64,000 bases of DNA, from NCBI GenBank assembly GCA_051294905.1, contig CM119384.1, positions 7,192,001 through 7,256,000 on the forward strand, read 5' to 3'. The notes below the pieces were generated by a model that ran no database searches, was not told the DNA's origin, and saw only the letters and a program-made list of their open reading frames with translations. The position numbers and the translations under genes are program-made. This document shows, in pieces, positions 1-13,778 of this stretch. Positions within the stretch are counted from its first letter, which is position 1. Each line of letters opens with the position of its first letter. Source of the stretch: Botryllus schlosseri. Lineage: Eukaryota.

Positions 1-3000
1 TAATTACGGTGGCTTTTGTGTTTTTCAACCACGGAGAGTGTACCAGAGTGATGTGGACACCGCCATTGCGGGAAAGCTATGCAATGCCGTTTCTTATCCT
101 GGAGCTGTTTTTAGTCACTCATATGTTGAAGACCCACCGGCCAAGTCGTCAGTATGTATTAGTTTACTGGCATTTAAGGATGCAGTGTGTGTATAGTGAG
201 CACAAAGACACTTTATTTCTTTGCAGTAAGCAATATAATCGTCATATATCGCACTGAAATCATTTAGAAATATTGTTTCGTTTTTGCATGTAGACTTAGT
301 GCCTCATAATTCTTGCTAGATACGAGCCCAGGACGCTGAATGATTTTTATTCAAGTTGAATTTTTCCGTCTTATTATTCAGGATTGTTGCTTTCATGTTG
401 GTATAACATTTCAGGCATGGCATTTGGATCGGACTTGCTGCGTTTTCGTTCATGCTGCCATGGCAATTTGCTCAGTTTGCTCTACTCACGCAGACTGCCG
501 CTGTGTATGGGATCTACCTTCTAGAATTTATAGGCTCATATAAGGTATGTTTCATGAATGCATGTCATTTCGCTCCTACATTAAAGAATGAAATTTCAAT
601 CTGATTTAGGTAGTGTTACGATTTCGATAGGCCTATAATGCAGAAAATCAGCTACCTGCATGCATCACTGTATGCTCGTGTTTAGCATTGCATGGCCAGC
701 ACAATATGTTAAAACCTTTTAATGTTTTTTTGAAATCCTCTTTTCAAATATTCTCATACCTACCAACGTTCCCAATTGCATTGAATTTGGGAATTAATTA
801 TATTTATTGAAAAATTTATTGCATTTTATTGCTCAATTTAACAATCGTCATCTGGTATTCACTCTTGCGCTTTTGTTTACCTTAACCATCGAATCATTAT
901 TTGCAGATGAAGATACTTCTTCACGCACAAATTGGCGCGCTGGCGGCGAATTTCGTGTTTCAGTTCGGCAACGAGATGCTGCTCACCTCATTTTATGCTT
1001 CTAGCATTCTCGTAGTGTTGGCAGTTGTCATGTTGGAAAGCAGAATCGATAGAATCTTGAGAAACTTCTTTGTTCGGGTCTTCGTTAAGGTACAGTAATC
1101 TTTTGTAACATTGCACTGGACAATGATTGTCATGTATGTATTATAATTCCACTCCTATAGTATCCGAATACTACTATCTACTTTGAAAATTGTAATAAGT
1201 ATGGCGATTTTTTTCACCTAAAAATAGAAGATTTTGACCTAAAAAATCAGAATTTTGACATTTTTTAATCTAGAAAAAATTAATTTGACAAAATTTTGAC
1301 CTACCGTATGTAAATTAGGTGTTTTCCCACATTGTACTGGTTGTCTTTATTTCTGATAGGAACTTATGTCTTTACGAAGTAGTTTGTCCTGGAAGAACTT
1401 ATTGTTTGACTTGAAAACTGACAAATTTGTACATGAAAATACTTTTTATTAACGAAATCAGGACCTATGAAAAATTCCCGTAGTTACATCACGCATTATG
1501 GTGGAAATAATTAAAAAATTTTGTAGTACAGCGAAAGTTACTTTCCTACATTCTCGGGTAGAAAGTGTCTGTCCTTACTAAGTAGCTTGTCAAGAATGGA
1601 GTAAGAACGTTCAACAGCAGCAGAAGTTGGCTGGCAACACTGAAGTTGTGCGTACACTGCTGGTGACACACCGTGCTGCTCCATTCTGACAATGTTGCCT
1701 ACATCACAATTTTTCATCATGCACTTCTTGATATGAGAACCAATGCCCACGCAGTCTTGCTTCAGTTAGGATATTGCGGTAAGTTCAGCATAACACCATG
1801 TCAACCTATTTGTTTCATTTGGCCGTTTATGATTCACAATGAGCAGATAATGGGCCGTCTACAACGGTAGGCCTATAAAGTAGGCTAAAAGCTGTAAAAT
1901 GTCAAACGATAAAGTTCACCGACAGTGCAGATATTTCCGATACAGACAAAATGCAGGTGACAAAATTTTTTTTGACTTTGTGAACAATTTTGACAATTTT
2001 TTGACCTAATCGCACTAGTAATAAGTTAGTAGTAGATAGTAGAGGTACAGTCAGTGGTAGAGACCAAAGTAAAGTTTCATTCCATTCATGAAAATCTCAG
2101 AAATCAATTGGTCAAAAGACTCTATATTATCTAGGTTCTGATTTGGGGTTTCGGAACGCTTTTCTTGAAGAAAGCCATCGCCGCAGCTTTATTCATCGCC
2201 GATGACGCCCACATTTGGGACATTTTGAGGTCGAAATTTTCCGATTTCAACAACTTCCACACGATGCTGTACACATGTGCAAAGTATTGTGATCCTGTCA
2301 TGCTCACTTGAATTATTATATTCACTATCAAACGTTTATTTCCTTAGGGAATTTGATTTCATCGAAATGTCAACTATATTCGGCTTGGTTAAAACAATGC
2401 TCATTCCGACCAATGTTGTTGTGTGCTTTTTGGTGGCTTTCAAGTGCCTTCAATACGAATACAACATATACAAGGTATGTTCCGAGTTGAGTGTTGCTAT
2501 GCATGACTTTACTAGTCTTCATAAACGTATCGGTGAAAAGAATCGTTCAATAATTGCCATTTGTATTTTGGGTTTATAGTTTCATGGGGATTTTGAGGTC
2601 TTGATGTTGAACCGTAAAATAATGAAAGCTGGCAATATAAATACTCACATGTGGGCTGTAGAATAGATATGATGCTGTTGACATATTTTATAGTCGGATT
2701 CATTTTATAGTCGTTCTTTGCAATGTCAATCCAGCATGTTTCTAGATACACGTATTTTTAGTGTGACATAAAATGTCACTAGTGCTCCCAAATAGTACAG
2801 TTCAACCCATTTGTTATCGAAATATTCAATACATGTTAGGCTACAAAGGCGTGCGAGGGAAATACATCTAGTGATGAGGATAACAATTCCGATGCAAAAG
2901 TCATTACTGCAAAGTCGAAGAAAAGACAAAGTGTGGACACAGAAGAAGATAAAGCATTCAGGTAGCTACTCGTACCTTTGTATTTTAGACCTCCCTCAAC

Positions 3001-4573
3001 ACTCGAAATCTTATTTCAGGACAAAACCCCACGCTGAAATTGTGTACAACATCCTGCAAATGTTCGCGTTCACATTTATGGCAGTTATGATTATGAGATT
3101 GAAGTTATTCATGACCCCGATTATGTGCGTCGTGTCGGCGATCATTGCTAATAGGTATGTGTCTAGCGTCCGTTTTCAAGTTCTCATTCTTAAAAGTCAC
3201 ACCGAGATAACTTATACAGGCAAATTCTTAATGTCGCTCGATCCAAGTTTATCTCGTTTCTTATCGTTCTACTTGCAATGTCGTGCGTTCAGGGATGGCA
3301 GAATCTCTCTAAACAATGGAATATCATGGGTGAATTCGAGAACTACCCACACGAACAGGTAGGGCGCTGGTGTGAGTATTGTTTGCGAGGTTTTTGTTTC
3401 TGACATCTTGATGATATTTTTCCTGAAATGCTACGAAATGACATATTCGCACTTTATTGTTTTTGTAACATCAGGACTCAAAAATTGGTTTGATTTGTGA
3501 AATTCAATCTTCCTTTCCAAGCCTTTCTTTTGCGCTCCGCACACTACACCCAAATTAACCAGATTATGATCGTGAAATGTTGCCGTAAAATTATTTAACG
3601 TTGGTCTACCCAGTAACAATACCTTTACGGACCAGCTCTTCATTTTTTTGCAGCTTATCGATTATATCAACCAGAATTTGCCACAAGAAGCTGTCTTTGC
3701 AGGTGCCATGCCGACTATGGCCAGTATCAAATTGTCGTGCAACCGTGCCATTGTGAATCACCCGCATTATGAAGACGCTGGTATGTTGTACGCGTATATT
3801 GGCAAACTGTGTAAAAGCCTGGAGCTTGTATTGTATCTATTCTGATCTGTGTTTCGAAGCCAGTGCCTGTATAGTCAGTCAACTATGCACACGATATATC
3901 TGGAAGTGAACTGTGTCTTTATAAACCTAACTTTTATTTGTTAACAGGTCTCCGTGAACGAACGAAGAAAGTGTATTCAATGTACAGCCGCCGACCAGTG
4001 GATGTGGTGCATAGGACAATTCTCGAGATGGGCGTCACCCATTTCATTCTGGAAAACTCGTGGTGTGTGCGGAAAACCAGGGACGGATGTCAGATGCCTG
4101 AGATATGGGATTTAGAAGATGTAGAGTATCGGGTAAGTTTCTGGGACATTTTTGTTGGGGCATTTGGTGCCTGTGCGGTTGCTACACTTGGTCTGTTATA
4201 GGGAACTTGTCGATAAATAAGAATGTGCTCATCATGAAAGCCCAATGGTTTTCAAGTGTGAAAGACCATTAATCACCATGGCTAGAATAACTGAGTTTTG
4301 AACATATGGGACTCTCTGCATTCGAATGATGGTCAGTGAATGCATATTTGTGAATAGAACATTAGAATTGATCTGGAATGTCAAGATGAGTTTGTGGTAT
4401 CAAATTCAAACAAGACAAATGCCTGATGCACTGAACATTTTGAATTCCTTGATCTATTACAGGGACAAACTCCTGCCTGTGCGCATGTCAGAGAGAAGCC
4501 GGGGCCATATTTTTCGGAAGTCTACAAAAACCAGGTTTACACTGTGTTGAAACTGAATCCGCCACCCATCTAG
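1..4573 (+). CDS. DPY19L1: DPY19-like C-mannosyltransferase, multi-exon, 5' end outside the window
   Basis: Exons splice in phase (approx. 1-151, 415-544, 907-1089, 2136-2273, 2349-2474, 2840-2960, 3020-3154, 3220-3359, 3655-3780, 3949-4133, 4462-4573). They give DPY19 motifs HGECTRVMWTPPLRESY, FMLPWQFAQF, FGNEMLLTSFYASS, DDAHI..L.SKF, IMRLKLFMTP, FAGAMPTMASIKL, IVNHPHYEDAGLRERTK.VYSMYSR. Stop TAG at 4571-4573. Confidence 0.92.
1165..2045 (-). mobile_element. Degenerate hAT-type insertion in a DPY19 intron, carrying a transposase C-terminal fragment
   Basis: Minus ORF 1538-1750 contains CQPTSAAVERSYSILDKLLSKDRHF..EN, resembling the hAT C-terminal dimerisation region. TTTTGAC subterminal repeats lie near both ends, and there is a short CTACTATCTACT inverted repeat at about 1173 and 2030. 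Boundaries are approximate. Confidence 0.5.
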
Positions 4574-5996
4574 ATTAATGATTTTTGTTTGGTTGTGGCC
4601 GTTTCGACTATGTTTCGTTGCTTAAAGCGTTTGTGTTCTGTTTAGAGTTATAGTTTACGCTTTCATAATCAGCTTGCCATATGCATTCACGACAGAAAAA
4701 GTATACAATTATATAGACAACTTTGACTCATATCCAAAGAATCTGTGCCTGTTACAAAGTGTAGCATACTACCTATATTTTTTCCGGACTGTGCAAACTG
4801 TTTTTATCATACTTGTGCAGTGACCAGTTTCAGTTATGGGTTATTAACCAATATCAGCAATATTTGCACATTGTGAAGCACTTTTGGTAGCCCCTCTTTT
4901 TGCCGATTTGTTGTTTGTGTCTGAAATTATCAGTAGATAGAAAATATATAAGTGGAGTCGAAATGTGACTTCACAAAAGCAGCCAATCATAGCAATGGCC
5001 GTGTGCCTTTAGTCGAATTTGTGCGTTTTATATAACCATGACAATTTTATAACACAAGCAGTTTGAATTCGTGACTCTTTTTAACGTTGAAATCATAATA
5101 TAATTTGTGGTGTGGATAGTTTGGTGAAGCTCTTCTATATTCCATGTGCCTTTGTTGGATACTTTCGCTATTGATACATTTATTAAGCGGGATGGAGGCC
5201 CAGGGTGCCTTGGCATAATTTCCGGGTGTACAATGATTGGCACTACTTGAGCTTGTGTGTATGCCCCGAAGAGATTCGCCGCATCTTTTCTGATACAATT
5301 TTTAATGTTGCTGGTTTGTTTGTAAAATGTTGGTCTTATCAAGTAAAACCTTTGCATACACTTGAGTAATGTTGTTATTCGAGAGATTTTAGGATAGTGG
5401 TTCCCAGTTTGGAATTTTGTAGACTTTGAAATTCTTTACCTCAGATCAGGTAAAATATTTAGCAAAGGTTGAGATAAAAGGTGCAGAGGGTCACGTCAAC
5501 AAATAAGCATGAAGTACTCCGATGTAGTACTGATTCACATTTGATAATAACAGAAGTCAGTCGTCAACACTGCTGCTACTGTAGTGGCCTTCCCTCCTTC
5601 TCCATGCTCAGTGTTATGGATGTATATTGCGCTGCGCCGTGCAGTTCTTATGTTTGCCGTCTGCAATACTTGCAGCTTTTTGGTCTGCCTCAGGGGTTAT
5701 TTATGTTTTCTGCCTATACAGCACTAAAAAACCTTCACACATGCTGGAACCCACTTACACAGAATGAAAATGATAGACACGACGGGTGACTTCACTTGGG
5801 ATTTGACATTTCGAGTTGGATAATTGCTGGTGTAGCGGTTAATTCATGACCACCAGCTGCACAATTCCATGAATGCACGCTAAGCAGGGACTCTTAAATC
5901 TGAACAAATTAGATTTTCCTACAATCTGTCACTCGAGACAAACCCTCATTTCTAAATATTTCAAACATGTATTCAATTCTCATATATCTATGAACT

Positions 5997-8900
5997 TTAC
6001 CAATCATTAGAGGGCAGTTCTCCATTAGAATGCCCGTAGAGACTTTGCCAGAGAGACAGGGACGAAGAAAATGAATGAAGGGAAAGTGCAGAAAGGAAGT
6101 TGACAAAAAGTTCACAGATAACAGAATCCTTTCCCCACTTCGATGCTTCGTATGCAATAGTCTTCGCTGCGTGTAGGAGTATCCATTGGCTTACCGGTTC
6201 AACAGTATTCCGTATCTGTGTAGCAATATTCATAAGCTGAGCTGCCTACAGTAGGATTATCAGCAGATAAATAACACCATTCAAAAAAATTGTGAGGGTC
6301 TTTCAAGCTCAATCAGCGTCTGTTTACTTGTTTTGACAACACTATGACCTAGCACTCCCATACAATATAGCAGGAATGCGGTTTGGATGGACATGTGCAC
6401 TGGGGTTATGACTTGGAAAATTTGCCTGTAGCAGGAATTATAATTATAATCGTTTTGTTCAATTCGAAAAAAATGTCCCGCACAAATTAACCTCAATTGG
6501 ACACTGGTCCAAATATAGAAAAAATTCACAATTTAAAGGTATTCTTTGCTACAAATTTAATCTTCATATACATGTCCTTTAGCACTTCTGGCAAAGTTCA
6601 TCCATCAATTTGACTTCCCTTTCTGTTATGTTAGTGCCAGGGACATCTACAACGGACATATCCGACTTCCAATGGGATTTTAAGGCACTTTATCGCTGCA
6701 GGACATTCGAGCGCGACGATAGCAGTAAATAAACTTTGGTATACTCTAGAGCCCGACCGATATTCAAAAGAAGTTGGATATACATAAGCACATTTTCAAA
6801 GCCTCAGAGCATTTATTTGAACATCTTTACAGCCATTGTTATACCTCAACATGAAATAATCTGGAAAGGCTACATTTGGACACTTGTTAAGTGCAAGTTA
6901 TGTGACATATATCAATATTCTCAGTCTAGCGGTCAAAGATTATAGTTTTTTGACTTCGTACCGCAATTATGTGACGTCACGAAAATTGCCGATAATTTTT
7001 CAGCTTCAATGGCCGATACCGATAATTCTTTTAAAGTGTGATATCGTCCTGATATTATCCGCGAACCGGTAATCGGTCGGGCTCCAGTATATTCCATCTA
7101 TGGACATCTGGTTAGAATACCAGGCTTCCTGACACGCATTTGCGATAAATAAGCATGATATCCCAAGAGTTACTCTACATCTGGGGACTTGGAAGTACGA
7201 AATTACACCCTTGAGCTCCATGTCGCATTGCGTAGAGATGGAAGTTTATGCTATTTGATTAATGACAATCTACTATCTTCTCTGAAAGAGCGGCATGCTC
7301 TGCACAGCACGTATATAAACTTGAAATCATCCCATTCATTTGAAATTCTGGCTTGGTGGATTGTACCAAGTTTTCGTAGTTTTAACCATATCATCTCCAA
7401 ATTTGTAGCTGAGAGTTGGATTTGTTGAGGATGTTGGATTGAAGAACTCTGATATAACCTTTAAGAACCGATAATATTATGTTGGCAACCAATGTACTGC
7501 GATTTATGGAAACTCTCGCTCATCATTGTAATTCGCAGATTCACAACGCCATTCCGACGCCCAGTATCACCAGATGCTGAGTCACATATGATATGACATT
7601 TTCAAATTTTCATCATATTCCTCTAATTGGTTTTCTAGACCACTGAAAATATGTTGAGTTGTTCTACTTTCGCCTTTTCAAACAACCAGTTGAATTTGTG
7701 TCAGACAATTAGAAATTATACGATATATACAGTCTACATCTAAAATCGAAATTAATAATTTATCAAATTATTTAATTTTGACTGTAAGCAAGAAAACGAT
7801 TGGATTAATTCAATCTGGCGAATCACAATTTACCAAAATACTATTTTAAATCTTCGCAACTGGAATTGTGTCTTTGGTGTGAACCAGATGATATGACTTT
7901 GAGCGGGGAGGGCCGTATAACTTTGGTGCACGAAAGCATGGACTCGAGTCAACAAAATCGACACTCAAATCGCTTTGCCCAGACGCAGTTACATAAGTAA
8001 ATTGTTCAAGCCTAGCACACAAAATACCTCCGAATATTTCGGTCCAAACAAATGCAGGTGTAGAAGCGTCGATGCTTCACTGCAGCTGATTCTCTAGAAA
8101 ATTAAGAAACTATTATCATTTAATGCCCACTGAAACAGTGACCATGCAGGGTTGTAATGTCTCGACTCGAGTCACTATTTTCTGATGACTCGACTTGACT
8201 CGAGTCAAAAAATAGTAAAGTAACCCCACTGTTGGGATTTCGTCTATTGGTACTGGTACTTGAAAATGCGACCAAAAAACTGCTAAAAGTGAGGAAAATT
8301 AGTATATTATTAATGCCGTAGGTTCGCTATCACCAAACAGAGTTATAAACAGTGTGTTTAGCAAGACTTTAACAGGAATCTGAGCAATCAACACAATGAC
8401 TTGGACTCGAGTCATAAAACCATGACTCGGACTCGACGCCCTGCTCGACATGACTCGAAAATGACTCAACTTGACTCGAGTCAAATCTATAAAAGTGAGA
8501 TTGACTTGTGACTCGGAGCCTTGTGACTTGGTTGGTTACAACCCTGCGACCATGTTCATACCATATTAGAATCTTCCTTTAACAGTAGCTTTACGAGCTG
8601 GAATACGAAAGCGTCGCCTATTTCTCCACCGATAGAACGGCTTTTGAGGGTGTTCTCTGAACAAGCTTGTTATAATTAGCGTAGGTACAGATTACAGAGT
8701 AAGGATATTCAAACTCACTATCAATGTTGAATATTTCACACAGTAAAAGACCGGCAGCCCATGCGTCTGATTTTCGATAGTCGAACACATACTGTGGGTC
8801 ACGCGTGCAGTTGACGATCTATTCACACAAATCAGTACATCAACTATATGCTGTTTGCGACTGCCTGTAATTCCCGGCGTACCTCTGGAGGTTGAACACT

Positions 8901-11900
8901 AGGAGAACCATTCCTCAAGTCGTGTTTTTCTGTCAGTACAAGGTTGCCGCCATGAGACGCAATATGGGCGCAGCCAAAATCTGCAATCACCAATCTCGGT
9001 ATGCCACCTGGACGTTAGAAGCAATTGAGACGCAAGCAAAGAAATGATGAAGATTAAACATATTGAACTATATAAATCAAGCCTGCCAGTGTTATATACT
9101 ACGAACTGAAATATTGAATTAAACGTTTCAATCCTGTCATGAAGCTGCTGTGTGATAAAAGAATTCTGATTCATTCCCAATGCAGCTTATTTCTTACTTG
9201 CGTCCGTTTCAATCAGTATGTTATTCGACTTGAGGTCCCGGTGAGCTATTTGATGTCTTTCCAAATGGGCGACTCCGTTCAACAGCTGCAATGCCAGAAT
9301 GTTACTCGTTGTTTGACTTAATTCCCCATCCATCAGAAGATCTTTCAACGTTGACTGGTATCTGTTACATAATGAACATACAAAACCGATGTATTCATCA
9401 GTAAATCCAAGGAATTATTCAAGCAATAAATCTACTGAAATAGGTGCTTTTTAAAGATGTCAGAATAGTAGATTGATCCACTGAGATTTGAATAGAAGTA
9501 TGCATAGATAGGGCCATGGGATAGTTGTCAGTATTTTAGTTAATACAGTGCACACTGTCCATGATCATCAAGGTTAACTTGATACTAACAACATCAGGTG
9601 TATTGCGATGGTGTGACACTGGAGGCTCATTTGAAAGGCCACCTCGCAAATTGATGGAGTTTGATAGTCGACTTGGCCTATCTTCGATTCATTCATTCGT
9701 GAATCAAACCTGGCCCATCAAGGCAGCCAGCTAGTCGCCACACAATGGCAACTGTGTTTAACACCCCAAGCTCACCAGTGTTACGATTGAGTACTTTGCT
9801 ACTGACCACCTCCGCATATATAAGAACAGCGATGATACTGCATGGAGTCACTCGTAAATTATAAAAAATTCGGAAACACGACACTCGCAACAAACCTCTT
9901 CATCGCGAGAAACATCGCAGTCGACCGGCCGAACCCGTTTGGACGAGGCAGTGCCGCGGGATGTCTCGTCTCGAACTCCTCGTGCTGCGGAACTTTGTCA
10001 AAAATCACTTTCTTGATTTTGATAATATTAGAGTGGGGCGGCAGCCTCCTTGTTTTGAATTGTGCTCTGTCAAGTGGAAACAAACAAGGATAGTTATTTT
10101 GGTCAACAGTGAAGAAATGAATCCCAGAAATTTTACACAGAGAGTCGAGAAGTGATGACATAAGAGTTACCACAATACACAGCAATGATTATTTTTAGGC
10201 GGCAGTTTGAATACATCGGCTGTATGAGGAAATTATTTTCACACTTATCGCATTATATTTAGTGTGCATTTAAGCCAAACTATGAAGCAGATCACCAATC
10301 CACAACGGCTACCCTTACGAAAGAATAGCCGAATGAGAAAAAAGGAATCGAAAGGGTGCAACAATTCCAAGTATCACAAAGTGAAATCCAGGACTGAACT
10401 TTTTACGATCTCGTGATATTCTGTACTGTCATATGTACCACGCATTTTACTTCATTCAAAATAATAACAAAAATCTCATTAAACCAGATGAACAAAATAC
10501 TTGCATACAATCCGAAAAACCTTCTCATACTGCAGGTTGGAAACCCGTTCAATAGGCAATGAGGAATTTCGTGTATTGGGTACATTTCGATCAAACCTTA
10601 CCGGGATCCGTTCTGCCAATCCTTTGTGCCGGTGAGAGCACCGCGTCCGCAAGTCACCATTTCTGCTGCGACGCTTCTCCACACGTCACCGGCGTTAGAT
10701 GATTCAAAATTAAAAATCATCTTGATTGCGATATATTCAGGTCCTCGTCTTCTCCGATCTGAGCAACATAATGTCAGATGCCACGTGTTTATAACAAAAT
10801 GATCATCGGGGCAGAGTTATGGTAAAATCCAACAATAAGTCCCGAGCAAAATCAGGGACCACACACTAAAGTGGTCAGGTGCTCTGTAGTAGAATATACA
10901 ACTATTAAAGCAAAGACCACATAATCAAAGATAGATGACAATTCAGAATACCTGCCACACCATGGTGCTCAGAACTTGATGTTTCAACAACCGATGTTTG
11001 CTTATGGTCGTTTACAGCCTGCAAGAAATGAAGTCTAATTTATTCCATTACACAGAAGCAGTCCATATCACGTTTTGCGTAGAATAGCTTATGCCTGTTC
11101 CTGGTATGGCCATTGAGTGAAGATAGTACAATAAATGACAAATTTAAACAGAACAGTCCAACATCATTGGCTAACATGTTGTTCATGTCCTACTCAATTG
11201 TACTACTATAGATCTACCCCATAATAACAGCCAGTGTGTATTGCAAACAGACTGAAGAACAGACCCCTCATCATAACTTACTGCCTGTACAGCATGAACT
11301 ACTACAACCTTCAATTTACAAATCATGTCAAGACATCTCAGCTTCTGGGAAGATAAACTTAGTCAATTAAACCATACAGTGTATCCTGCATACAATTCTT
11401 GAATCAGACTTTAGTTGAAAGTAGAAACCAAAATCAAAATCAGGATAATGTGACAAATGATTGTCTGGACTTTGGAGTCATCCCAATACCTGGCATTAGT
11501 GGCGTAGAAAAACTGGACGAGATAATTTATTTTACCTCCGCTTCATATACAGCCCCGTTACATCCAGTCTCAATACACTTTCCTAGTTTGTAATCAGCCA
11601 GAGTATCGCCATAACGGTGCGAATCTGCATTCCTTCTCTTCTTACTATTTCTTTGAGAAAACATTACCTAAATATAAAATCAACCTATCAGAACACCAAG
11701 TCGTAAGAGATGTATGACCGAACACCGAACTAACCTTTATATTGTGAAATAGTACTTCGTATTCTTCCATCCTCCTTTTCAGGGCGTCATCTTCAGCAAT
11801 TCTTTCCTCGCTTGCCAGAAACAAAGTGGCAAAACCGATCAAGTGGCCGGTTCTCATTCGTCTCCACAAGTAATCCCTGCCGAAAAACCTTGAACCACCT

Positions 11901-12687
11901 CTGCACCAGCCGACTTGCCTTTCGTATAGCCGATGTTGGAATCGAGCATAGCCTGATTTTTAAAAGGGCTCATCACCTGTTAGTGTACGAGGGGTACATC
12001 ATTAGACATACTGTACCTTTGGTGTTCAGAAATCCCTTCAAAATGGAACGTCTCGTTGCAGTGCCAAGTGTTGGGCTGGGAGTTACTTCTTTGATTGAGT
12101 TCTCCCCTACTTCACCACATCTCTTACCAGACACTGAAAATGAATGTGGTTGACATTAATTTCACATTCTTCTACATATTTTTGATCTTGCCGCGATATG
12201 ACATCCTCTGGACATTTGGCATCGTAAAACATTAATATTTGCAATTACAACCGTTTACAAATAATATTTATTGGCTTATCGCCACGAACCATGTATTATC
12301 ATCTTAGTTGACTAGAAGTTTTTCATCAGATTACAACTCAAGTAAAAATACACTACCTTCAAGTTGAATAAAATATTACCAGACAGCTAATTATCTTTTA
12401 ATTAGGTCTGTTTGACTATATAAAATAGCAAATCCCCCCCAAAATGCTATACACTTGTTGGGCTTGCACAAAGGGCATTGGCATCTGGAACAAAAATAAG
12501 GCTTCCCAAAAGATTTGATAGGCTATAATGCAGTGATTCTATCCGAGATACAAGATAATAATAATTTACCTCTGTTGAAAGCATCTCTTATTACTTTCTT
12601 TGCCCGGGATAACTTATCCCAGAATGGCTGGGACCATCTCCCGCCAACATGCGCGTGTATTTTCGTTACATAGCTTGCAGCGCTCAT
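5997..12687 (-). CDS. PINK1: PTEN-induced kinase 1 orthologue, about 12 exons
   Basis: Spliced exons give a basic N-terminus, a weak TM segment, then DYKLGKCIETGCNGAVYEAE, IAIKMIFNF, AEMVTCGRGALTG, LPPHSNII...MFLAMKRY, HRDLKSNNIL (exon 9198-9361), LVIADFGC...PPE, DYRKSDAWAAG and the C-terminal WILLHAAKTI...FLSAL (stop 5997-5999). This is the PINK1 motif order. The first exon (ATG 12687) is tentative. Confidence 0.88.
6747..7086. mobile_element. hAT-type MITE in a PINK1 intron
   Basis: TIR TAGAGCCCGACCGAT / ATCGGTCGGGCTCCA; 8-bp TSD GTATACTC / GTATATTC. Confidence 0.75.
8147..8546. mobile_element. hAT-type MITE, GACTCGAGTC family
   Basis: TIR CAGGGTTGTAA / TTACAACCCTG; 8-bp TSD TGACCATG / CGACCATG; arrays of GACTCGAGTC and TGACTTG. 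Confidence 0.85.
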
Positions 12688-13778
12688 TCTTCACGACAGA
12701 TCTTGCAACACCCTAGCCAAGGAACTGACCAGGCTAGGGTTTATGTTAAGATACGGTATACGATATCCAAATAACTTCTGCAACAAGAAGCAAAAGCAAT
12801 ATGAATCATGTAATGATAGTTGATATGAAACGCACACAATCCTAATCATTAGGCAATGTAGGACAGCACAAAATACCACAATGTGCGCCGCTAAAATTTA
12901 TAAAACACTAATACCGTTGAATGTGCAATACCTACAGAAAAGCCGTGGATAAATATACAAAAATGCTTCGCCCTAAGTGCTTGGAAGTGTTTAGACAGTT
13001 GGACTTGGAAAAGTGAAAATGAGCATACATAAGTCAACATGGCAACCGTTTCAACAAAAAAGGCGTTACACAATGAAAAATGGTGGCAGGAATATTTGAT
13101 GCAAAACTTGAGGGTTATATCAAAATTGATGAAAATGGGCTCGGTCAAAATAAAATGACTTACTAATCAACCTAACATAATTTTACAATGTGCTAATATG
13201 CAAACGACAATAATATCGTGGATGAGCTGCGTCGTATATACATTATTGCTATCGAACGTCTTTCATTCAAGAAAACAGGAGAAACATAGAGGTACTGGTA
13301 CTGAAAATACAAGATGTAATCGAGATTGTCATTTGTGAGCGGTATTTTAATTGTAATAAACTAATAATGCATCCAATAAGCATTCCACATTGTACAAATT
13401 AGAAAAAACTCCATTGCTGCAACGATATTGCATCTGTGTAAGCTTTTTAAGCCTTCTATGATAAAAATGATTGGTCATTTATGAATCTGCATCGATTAAT
13501 TGTACATGTTAACTTCATGATTGGCAATGTCGAAAATAGAAAATGGCTTTTTGTAACTCGCGATTGAAGCAAACGCCGTAACTTGATTACGCTATGAAAA
13601 GTAGCAGTTGTGCTGGATTCAACACCAATAATATATTATATGAATATTAAAATGGCACCAACAGGAAATGTTAATACAACGTTCAGCAACACGTGCACTG
13701 CATTCATATATGAACTGAAAATGTGCCGTGCACTGTTGATCACACTAACCAAATACTTGAAATATTGTAGTGTCAGTT

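Noticed and set aside
5028-5430. Overlapping minus-strand ORFs between DPY19 and PINK1
   Set aside because: No recognisable motif or convincing exon chain; probably UTR or intergenic.
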